Shown here in pieces: positions 29,754-38,500 of a stretch of 64,000 bases of DNA; the stretch's first letter is position 1; each line of letters starts with the position of its first letter. The position numbers were made by a program, and so were the translations under genes. The notes under the pieces are model-generated. The model ran no database searches, was not told the origin of the DNA, and saw only the letters and a program-made list of their open reading frames with translations. This stretch comes from Candidatus Poribacteria bacterium (GTDB lineage: Bacteria > Poribacteria > WGA-4E > PCPOR2b): NCBI GenBank assembly GCA_965215015.1, contig OZ244042.1, positions 2,784,001 through 2,848,000 of the forward strand. The letters are read 5' to 3'.

Positions 29754-30587
29754 ATGCTTTACGTATTACGCATTACGTATTATGCATCACGTTACACGCT
29801 CATCGGGCTATTCCTCGCTGCGGCCCCTGCCTACCCCGCAGCGTTTCCATTTGAGGAACCGCGTCCGCTCTACGTTGGAGCGCGAGCTTTGGGTATGGGC
29901 AATGCGTTTACTGCCGTCGCTGATGACGCCACGGCAGGATTCTGGAATCCCGCTGGGTTGATTCAGTGGCAGGGCGTAAAGCTTTTTGGCGTTAATAAGT
30001 TCCACAATCGATCGGACTACGGTTTCGATCCGAAAGGGATCGGATATGTCTATCGTGGATATGGTCTATTCTGGGGAAACAAGATTGCACTCGGTGCTGA
30101 GTCCGGGACACCGGATTTCAACTACTATTCCCTCGCACGCCAGATTCGTCCGCATATTGCAATTGGCGCGAGTCTGAAATTCAAACGGAAACACCCCAGC
30201 GATTATTACCAGTTTTTCGGTCATTCTCCATCCTACGATCTTGCCTTGCTCGTCAAACCGGGTACCAATCTCAAATTCGGACTACTTGCGGGGCATCTGC
30301 CGCGCGAGCGTGGGATTCGCTGGCTGACGCTCGGCACTGCATATCAGTGGAAAAATCTGTTGTTTGCGATCGATCTCGTGGTGCCACGGGGCTCCCTTAA
30401 TGAAACCGGGCTTTACTACGGTATTGAGTGGAAGGCGCAGCACTTTATTTGTGTGCGAGGTGGACGGTCAGATCAGTGGTGGACGTTAGGGGTGGGATTC
30501 GATTGGCGGTGGCTGCGAATGGACTATGCCCGCATCTATGAGCGCGATTTCGCGTCGGATTTTATCTCGGCGGAATTACGATTTTGA
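29754..30587 (+). CDS. PorV/FadL-like (UPF0164-type) outer membrane beta-barrel
   Basis: GARALGMGNAFTAVADDATAGFWNPAGL hatch motif, amphipathic strands, terminal Phe. Confidence 0.75.
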   Translation: MLYVLRITYYASRYTLIGLFLAAAPAYPAAFPFEEPRPLYVGARALGMGNAFTAVADDATAGFWNPAGLIQWQGVKLFGVNKFHNRSDYGFDPKGIGYVYRGYGLFWGNKIALGAESGTPDFNYYSLARQIRPHIAIGASLKFKRKHPSDYYQFFGHSPSYDLALLVKPGTNLKFGLLAGHLPRERGIRWLTLGTAYQWKNLLFAIDLVVPRGSLNETGLYYGIEWKAQHFICVRGGRSDQWWTLGVGFDWRWLRMDYARIYERDFASDFISAELRF

Positions 30588-30689
30588 AGGGAGATTTCCT
30601 AAAGGATTACCGACATTGTAGGTCAATTTTCCAAAATCGACCGACTAGAATCATTTGCAGATTTCCAAGGTCATTCCACGGAGTTCACC

Positions 30690-31823
30690 ATGAAAAAGTT
30701 AAAAATAGCTGTAGTCGGCACGGGGGGGCGAGCAGGAGCGCACCTGAGCACCATCCCCAAGCTAGAATCGGTTTATCAATTGGCTGGTGTGTGTGACCTC
30801 GACAAAGAACGCGCCACGGAGGTAGCTCAACGGATGTCAGTTTCTGGCTATACAGACGTTGAATCGTTGATCGAGGGGGAGTCGCCAGATCTAATCCTAA
30901 TCACGGTGCCTCCCGACGGACACCACGTCATCACAGAGGTTGCGGCGTCACACGGCGTCCATGTCATCACAGAGACGCCGATTTCAACAACCCTTCCCTG
31001 TGCAGATCGAATGATTGATGCCGCCGCACAATATGGCGTCAAGTTAGAGGTCGCTGAAAATCTCTGGCACTGGCCCCATGAACGGCTCAAACGGAAGATT
31101 GTCAATGCAGGACTGATTGGCGAGATTACCCACGCACATCTCTGGTATACCTCCGGATCGTATCACGGCATGAATGCCATTCGGACGCTTGTGGGTAGTG
31201 AAGCTGTGCGCGTCGTTGGGCACGCCAAAGAGATTGGCGGTAGCTCATGGGAGGTTGGCATTGTCGAATTTGAGAACGGAGTCTCCCTCGTCTATGAACT
31301 GCCAACACGACGCCGTGGCAACTATTGGGAGATTGATGGCACCAAGGGATCAATCGTCGGTAACGAATTGCAGCTCTACCGAGAGACGGGGACAGAGACC
31401 TATCCGATTCGGACCGTTACGACGGAGGTGGACGGTGTAGCGGTGGTCGATCATGCTCGCGTTGACACCGATCCGCCGGTGATCTGGGAAAATCCGCTCA
31501 AAGCGTTTGGACTGGCGGATGCAGACGATGTTGCACGGGGGGCGGAACTATACAGTATTTATCAAGCAGTTGTCGAAGGAGTTGAACCGGAGTATGGGGC
31601 GGTCAATGGACGCGCCGACCAAGAAATTCTTATTGCGATCCGCGAATCTGCGCTGAACGGTGGAGAACCGATTGGCCTGCCGCTGACCGAAATCACAGGA
31701 CACGAAGAAAATCTGCACCGAGAATACCGCGAAAGATACGGCGTGCACCCGTTTGACGCCATTGAGAGACAGAAAAGTATCCTGTTCCCACAGCGCGGCG
31801 TTGTGTGGGCAGCAAGACGATAG
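30690..31823 (+). CDS. Gfo/Idh/MocA oxidoreductase
   Basis: IAVVGTGGR, ETP in place of the EKP motif, G.IGEI. Confidence 0.9.
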   Translation: MKKLKIAVVGTGGRAGAHLSTIPKLESVYQLAGVCDLDKERATEVAQRMSVSGYTDVESLIEGESPDLILITVPPDGHHVITEVAASHGVHVITETPISTTLPCADRMIDAAAQYGVKLEVAENLWHWPHERLKRKIVNAGLIGEITHAHLWYTSGSYHGMNAIRTLVGSEAVRVVGHAKEIGGSSWEVGIVEFENGVSLVYELPTRRRGNYWEIDGTKGSIVGNELQLYRETGTETYPIRTVTTEVDGVAVVDHARVDTDPPVIWENPLKAFGLADADDVARGAELYSIYQAVVEGVEPEYGAVNGRADQEILIAIRESALNGGEPIGLPLTEITGHEENLHREYRERYGVHPFDAIERQKSILFPQRGVVWAARR

Positions 31824-31968
31824 AGAAGATACTGAGTTCATTAGTTCATTAATGAGTCTGTGCACCAATGAACCAATAAACAAGCTACGGTCTTTGGCCA
31901 TCGTTCAACCCAACCTACTGAACCATATTCTCAAAGAATTATCGCCATCCGATGTCAAGGAGATTATT

Positions 31969-33102
31969 ATGAGTTGGCAAGTTGTAGACCGTATAACAAT
32001 ATATCACGAATCGGGCATGTATGCCCTAAGCCCCACTGTGACACGTACGCCTTCTGGGAACCTGTTGGTAACATTCCAAAGAGCGACACATTTGGGGTAT
32101 TCCCATCATGAACACCCGCTGTTCAATGTGCAGGCGTGCCGGTCCGAGGACGAGGGACAGACTTGGAGCGGCCCCCACCTCGTAACTGTTGACCCCCGCG
32201 GAGGAGTCATGGATCGCGGCGTCCACACCCTGCCAGACGGGAGTATCTTTCTACACTCATCCTGCACCGAGTTGGTCCCCGCGGCGGATGCGGTAGAACA
32301 TGGAGGGAGCTGGATTGTACAACATGGCAAACCTTTCTGGGTGCGGTCACGCGACGATGGGCATACTTGGAGTGCTCCCAAACGCTTTCCGCCTCTACCC
32401 GACGCGGTTTGGGGACACCCCGCACAGCATTCAGGGGTCAGTCGGAGCGGCTTGCTTGTCCTGCCAGATGGACGCCTACTCATGCCGAGCAAGGCAACCG
32501 ACCTCACCACCGGCGAGTTTCGTTACTTTGGCATGTTACGGGTGTCGAAGGACATGGGGGAGACGTGGGAATATGGCGGCCGGATTGCGGAAGATCCAGT
32601 TGCCCACTTCAGTGAGCCAACGATCCACAGGACTCCTAGCGGCCGTATTTTGGTGCTGTTTCGCTGTCATCCGGGACGATTGGGACCCGACATCGTTCGA
32701 GATCAAGGATTCAAGGGTCCCTTCACAGAAGATCCGCAGTTCGTTGGCCGTCTCATCGTACTAGTCTACTCTGACGACGACGGGGAGACATGGTCGCCAT
32801 GGCGACCAACCATGGTTCACGGCAGTCCAGGGCACATGCTAGGGTTGAGGGATGGACGCATTTTTCTCACAATAGGCACTCGGTGGGAAGGACAGCGAGG
32901 CTGCGTCGCTAGGGTGTTAGATCCGGAAGGAAGCGATTTAGATACCGCGCCTGAGTTTGTGATAGAGGACAACGCATTGAGCGCAGACTGTGGCTATCCT
33001 TGGTCGGTGGAGCTCAACGATGGACGGGTTCTGGTCGCCTATTGGCACCATTATCCGGACAATCACAGGGGCATCGAAGGTGCAATCCTCGAAGAGGTTT
33101 AG
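31969..33102 (+). CDS. BNR/Asp-box sialidase-like beta-propeller hydrolase
   Basis: Four Asp boxes (SEDEGQTWS, SRDDGHTWS, SKDMGETWE, SDDDGETWS), DCGYP. AAGGAG RBS before ATG 31969. Confidence 0.85.
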   Translation: MSWQVVDRITIYHESGMYALSPTVTRTPSGNLLVTFQRATHLGYSHHEHPLFNVQACRSEDEGQTWSGPHLVTVDPRGGVMDRGVHTLPDGSIFLHSSCTELVPAADAVEHGGSWIVQHGKPFWVRSRDDGHTWSAPKRFPPLPDAVWGHPAQHSGVSRSGLLVLPDGRLLMPSKATDLTTGEFRYFGMLRVSKDMGETWEYGGRIAEDPVAHFSEPTIHRTPSGRILVLFRCHPGRLGPDIVRDQGFKGPFTEDPQFVGRLIVLVYSDDDGETWSPWRPTMVHGSPGHMLGLRDGRIFLTIGTRWEGQRGCVARVLDPEGSDLDTAPEFVIEDNALSADCGYPWSVELNDGRVLVAYWHHYPDNHRGIEGAILEEV

Positions 33103-33285
33103 TCAGCTGAGTCAAGTTATAATAACCAATGGTGGTAGTTTGCAACTGTTGATACGTTCCTAATTTAGTGCATTGGTTCATTACTGAACGAATGTACTAA
33201 TACCCATGAACTCAATATTCTCACCAGCTAGTACCAAAGGTTAATAAGAGAGGCATCAGCACCACGATAGGCAGAAGGAGTTGCT

Positions 33286-33721
33286 TCAAGGGTTGCCGCG
33301 TTTGACCCAGCAATGCAATGCTTGAAAATCTCTCTTCTCCTCAAATCCTAGCTTGCGGGCAAGGGCATTGAACGCAAAATTTTCCGGGCTACAGTGCCAC
33401 ACAGAGGTTACGCCTTTCGCAGCGCAGCTTGTCAATAAAAGCGGCGGTGACCAGCGTTGCGAAGCCGCGCTTACTGAATGCTTCTGCTGTTGTAACTGAA
33501 ATATCGCATATTCCATTGCCGGAAATGAGTGAACACCAAATACTAACGACTTTATCCTCCCGAGGGTGCTGGAGTAGCAAGATCGCTGCTCGGAAAAACT
33601 TTCCAACTGCCAGACTGGATGGCAAACCATCGCCTTGTTGGACCGATGCCAGCGAAACAGTGGCATGTTGACGGTAGGTCTGGATTTGAGCGACTAGGTC
33701 GGGCAATCTTGCCCAACCCAT
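33286..33721 (-). pseudogene. Frameshifted GNAT acetyltransferase
   Basis: ISVTTAEAFSKRGFATLVTAAFID in one frame continues as CAAKGVTSVWHC..EN....ALARKLGF in another; shift near 33428. Confidence 0.7.
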
Positions 33722-33725
33722 AGCC

Positions 33726-35213
33726 TCAAAGAGGTGAGAGGTGTGTTTGAGGTACTTCCTCGGCGGCGTTTACCCCAGCGATGCGCCCGAAAACTGTGCC
33801 AGCCATCATCCCTGCCCCGGATGGGTAATTTCCATGCCAAAGTCCGCCTACCATCTCGCCTGCAGCGTAGAGTCCGGGGATAGGGTAACCCATGGTGTGG
33901 ACCACCCGCGCTTCAGGCGTGACTCGTAGACCGCCAAAGGTAAACGTCATCCCACATACCACCGGAAAGCCCTCAAAGGGAGGCGTGTCTATAGGGAGTG
34001 CCCAGTTGCTTCGGGATGGGGTAATACCTATAGTCTTTTTTCCGTCCAACCGAAAGGGGTTAAATTCGCCCTGCTGGACAGCGGCGTTAAATTCGCTCAC
34101 AGTATGGATGAATGCCGCAATATTAGGGATGCCCAACTGTTGTGCTAGATTTTCTAGGGTGTTTGCCTTGAACCCGGTAGCTTTCTCGTATCCCCGGATG
34201 ACCTCTAACTGCCGATGCTTATGGTCAAAAATCTGGAACGCTATGCCTTGTGGTTGGGCGAGAATGGCTCTCCCAATCTTTGCATAGGTGAGCCCTCGCC
34301 AAGTTTCACCCTCGTCTATGAATCGATGCCCGTTAAGGTTGATCATAATCCCAAAGGGATAGGAATAACGACTCCAAAAATCTCCTCTGATATCAGGGCC
34401 CGGAACATCGAAGGGCGGACGATTCAGGTCTTGAGGTGAGGCATGGCAACTCGACCAACTCCCGTAGGGCAACGCCCCCCGCTCCACCGCCATAGCGAGC
34501 CCGTCACCGGTATTGTAGGGGACTCCCCGTAGCTTGACAGCTTCCCACTCAGGACCGAGGTGCCGGGCGCGCATTTCCGGGTTGGACTCGAAGCTGCCAC
34601 AAGCCAAGACCACCGCTCTGCCGTAGAAGTTACAGTAACCCTGAGACGTTTTTGTTCGCACCCCTGTTACCTTGCCCTGTAAATCCTGAAATAAGCCGAT
34701 TACGCTGGTGTTGTAGTGCACGGATACGCCTAGCTTCTCAACCGTTCTGAACCACTGTTCTTGGAGGCCATAGCCGCCACCGTTGAATGATACTGCGTTG
34801 GCAGAAACCGGGTTCGCGTAGGTCGGGATCCAGGTATGTCCGTGGGAACTCATCCACCGGACGGTTGGCGCAGCTTGAGTGACCAAAACCTCCGCGAGTT
34901 CCGGATTGCTCTTGCCTTCCGTCACGGTCATAATATCGTCATAGTAGTCAGCGGAGGTGTACCTACCGATCCTGTCAGCCATGCGACAGAGGTCCGCCGA
35001 GGGTGCACCGGACAGCAGCGGTGTCAACTCATCCATGCTGTCATAAGGAAACCGCATGTGCACGGTCAGCGCGCTGTTTCCGCCTCGGTGCTGACGTGTT
35101 GCCTTCTCTAGAACGACGACCTCCGCTCCACCCTCTCGTGCGGCTACCGCTGCTGAAAGAGCGGCGTTGCCAGCCCCAACGACGATGACCTGTGTCCACA
35201 CTTCTGCATCCAT
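33726..35213 (-). CDS. tcuA: FAD-dependent tricarballylate dehydrogenase-like flavoprotein
   Basis: VVGAGNAA, GSFESNPEMR.RHLGP.W, RGVPYNTGDG, TFTFGGL, NYPSG.G. Confidence 0.82.
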   Translation of the reverse strand: MDAEVWTQVIVVGAGNAALSAAVAAREGGAEVVVLEKATRQHRGGNSALTVHMRFPYDSMDELTPLLSGAPSADLCRMADRIGRYTSADYYDDIMTVTEGKSNPELAEVLVTQAAPTVRWMSSHGHTWIPTYANPVSANAVSFNGGGYGLQEQWFRTVEKLGVSVHYNTSVIGLFQDLQGKVTGVRTKTSQGYCNFYGRAVVLACGSFESNPEMRARHLGPEWEAVKLRGVPYNTGDGLAMAVERGALPYGSWSSCHASPQDLNRPPFDVPGPDIRGDFWSRYSYPFGIMINLNGHRFIDEGETWRGLTYAKIGRAILAQPQGIAFQIFDHKHRQLEVIRGYEKATGFKANTLENLAQQLGIPNIAAFIHTVSEFNAAVQQGEFNPFRLDGKKTIGITPSRSNWALPIDTPPFEGFPVVCGMTFTFGGLRVTPEARVVHTMGYPIPGLYAAGEMVGGLWHGNYPSGAGMMAGTVFGRIAGVNAAEEVPQTHLSPL

Positions 35214-35239
35214 GATATCTTCCTTGGGAACGTTCCTGA

Positions 35240-35510
35240 AACGGGACCGATTTCATCACGCAGCCGCATGAGCTTGGCTGGCGTGTGAATGATGTCAAGG
35301 ATTTGCATCTCAAAGCACAATGTTACGCCGTGATCCGCAGCAATCTTCCCATGCTCTTTCCAGTACGGAATTAACCTTTTTTCCCACTGCCATTCCAGTG
35401 CTTCAGGAAAACCCTCCTTATCGGTGTTGACAATCCAGTTCGGAGACTTGTCCCCTTCCGCGCCCTCCGGCACCCCAGCGACTACGACCAAACGGGTGAC
35501 GCCAATCTTT
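35240..35510 (-). pseudogene. Internal fragment of a sugar phosphate isomerase/epimerase
   Basis: KIGVTRLVVVAGVP......PNW......LEWQW...IPYW......A.DHGV.LCFEM. No N-terminus (cut at the repeat boundary 35511); the C-terminus runs into the tcuA RBS. Confidence 0.75.
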
Positions 35511-38500
35511 TAAACTATGAAAATGTACAAAAGCTTTACGCTGTATATTTTTAATATCTCGGATGTTATCACAAATGCAGGTGGGACGCTATGAAAAACT
35601 TCAAGGACGATATGGCAGTGGGTTGTCACTGGTTTATCATTTGTACAAAAAAATAGCTGTTGAATGTCTCATTGGGAAGAGGCATTCAACAGCTATATCT
35701 AAGTCGGGAAGATGCCCCCCCTACGAATGGCTTGGTAGGAGAGGCATCAGCAGGGTTACTTCAGAATCAGCATCTTACGGGTTGCCGAGAATTCTCCTGC
35801 ACTGAGGCTGTAGAAGTAGATGCCACTGGCAACCTGTTCACCGAAACGGTTTCGCCCGTCCCAGTAGATGGCTTTGGCTCTCGACTCATAGACAGCCGCT
35901 GTCTGATGCCCCATATCGAGGGTTCGCACTACCTGACCGGTGCTATCGTAGATGGTCAAGACGACGTCCGCATCTGATGCTAACCGATACGGTATCCACG
36001 TTTCGGGGTTGAATGGATTGGGATAGTTGCGCAGCAGCTCCGTCTCTGACGGAATCTCATAGGCGATGAGGTCTGCCAACTCAATCCGAGTGGCTTTCAC
36101 ATCGTCAACCGTAACGATATGACGCACCGGCTGGACACCGATTAACGGACTGGGTGAATCTGCTGAAATCTCCAGGACATCTCCAACCTGTGCCGCATGA
36201 CCCACCTTCAGGTCAACAAAGGTCATGTTGTAACCTGTTGCTGTCTCAGTAGAGGTCACCCGGTTGAGTGCGGCTTTGGTGGACAGATTCTTCACCTTGA
36301 CCCGGAATCCGTCCTGCACCACTCCGGTGGTCTCATCAACGACCGAACCGTTGACATCGAGGACGGGGGTTTGACCGGCAACCTGATGGCTAACCAACGC
36401 GATAGGGGCAGCCGCCGCCGTGTCGTGACTCCAACCTGTTCCGATAAGTGCAGCGGTTGCATCGGTGGTGGCTGTGACCAGATAGGCAGCATCGCCCATG
36501 ACCGGGCCATCGCCTGAATCGCCTGCCGCTGCAACGGACTTGTATCCATCCGCCGTTGAAACAACGACACTCGCGACAACGCCGGTAGCAAATAGCGCGG
36601 CAATGTCGCTGACATTGTTCAGTCTCGCATCATTAACGGGTAGACCAATGAGGTTAGAACCGGCGGTGAGATTGATGGTTGATGCACCGTCGTCCCACGC
36701 ATACCCTGTGAAAGTCACCGTCGCTTCAGCACTCATCGAAACGAGGATACCCAGGTCTGCGGTAATCGGCACATCGTCGCTACGACTATTCCATAAGTCG
36801 TTGGCACTATCATAGACGATGAGCAGATTGGCGTCGCTGCCGAGCATCTCTCGGAGGTCTCCTACCGTGTTGAGCCCCTCAACTGCCAACGGGATGTGGA
36901 ACAGGCTCGTACCCGCCGGTATCTGCGAGGTATAGGACAGTTTGTTGTCCAACGTAACCATCGCCGTGCCGCTGCCGCTGTTGCCTGCGGCGTCGATAGC
37001 GGTTACAGTGATGGTTTTGGCCCCGTTGAGGGTTGTGTTAGCTTCACTGACAACGACTGAGGCACTGTAAGCACCATCGGCCCCCATCGTCAGACTGATC
37101 ATATCGGTTTGAGTGGTGTCTAACATGGAGACATCCGCCATCACGGAGGTGATGCTGCTCGCGTCCGAGACGGTCGCAGAGATTACCACCGGCTCACCGT
37201 TGGCCACGGTCTCAGGAGACGCCATCGCCATCACGGTCGGCATTGTGCTATCAAGTGTCAACGCATTGGACACCATCGCACCTTGACCATTCAGACTGAC
37301 AGACACATCATACATCCCATCGGCGTGCTGATCTGCGACGACGGTAAACGACCCGCTGTAGGCACCGCTCGATACTTCTGCCATCGACCGGTCGGTGACA
37401 ATGGAACCGACGGAGAACATCACGGTTCGACCGGCTGTCCCCATCGCGCTAACGGTGACGGTATCGCCCGCCATAGCCAGTGCCGGTTCAATCGTGACGC
37501 TGCCTTCGGTAATGGCTATCACAGAGGTGGTGACCGTGACCGGATGGCTCGCCATCGTCAGTCCCGGTGCTGTTGCGGTAATCGTTGCGATACCGGGGGT
37601 CGCATCTTGATAGTAGACCATCGCTGAGACCTCGCCGCCTGCAACGGTCACGGTGATGCTCTCGGTTCCCGTCCCTTCAGCGAGCTCAGAGAAGGTGCCC
37701 GCGGAGCTGGAGGTCAGGGTGACCGACACATCGGAGCCCATCGCCACCTCATGCCCATCGGCATCTCTCAACCCGACGGTGATACCTAACGGCATCGCGC
37801 CGTCGTCGGCAGAAACCGTGCCGGCACTGCTCAGTATGAGTTGGGTCGGCGTCGAGTCTTGGACGCGCACCGACACATTGGAATCTACCGGTCGACCATC
37901 AAAAAGCATGACGAAGTTAGAGACCTCACGGTTGGCAGGGGCGTCGGCATTGTGGTAGTTGAAGCTGATTTCATCACCCGCTTCGACCTCAAGCCCGCCC
38001 AATTTCACACGCGCAACCATGTCTCGGGCGACCGGTGCCAGTTTCTCGACACTCACCGTCGTCGCAACTCCCATATGCCGGTGCACCACGGTGTAGGTTC
38101 CCTTATTTTCAGGGTCCATCGCCGCACTGCTCGGTGCCGTCCAACCGGCGGGCACCTGCACCCGGAATTCCCGCGGCGCGCTGATGATGCCGACGGCGGT
38201 GTAGGTAAAGGTCAGGTTCACACCCGTCGCCCCGGCGTCTACAATCCTCGGCGCAACCTCACCGGAACCGGCACCCTGTCTCGCCTCGCCGACGTCGACG
38301 GTCAGCATGGTCTCATCGCCGGAGACATTTGCAAACGAATCGGCTGCATCGCCCCCGTGCACTCCAACCGCAAAGGCGACACCGGTGCCCACGTTGGGCT
38401 GCACATCACCTGTATAGACAAAGGTCACGGTCCCGTTGGCACTCAAGTTGACCCCTTCGACGATAGCCATTTGACCACTAAAGGTGGGTGGGATTGCTGG

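Noticed and set aside
31753-31968. N-terminal extension of the BNR protein in the ORF track (likewise the 28574, 44615 and 50980 starts)
   Set aside because: Overlaps neighbouring genes or repeats; downstream ATGs fit better, most with a clear RBS.
35563-35805. ORF MLSQMQV..., also at 57107-57529
   Set aside because: Shared only because the flank is duplicated. The copies differ in length and frame and cross terminators antisense to the giant genes.
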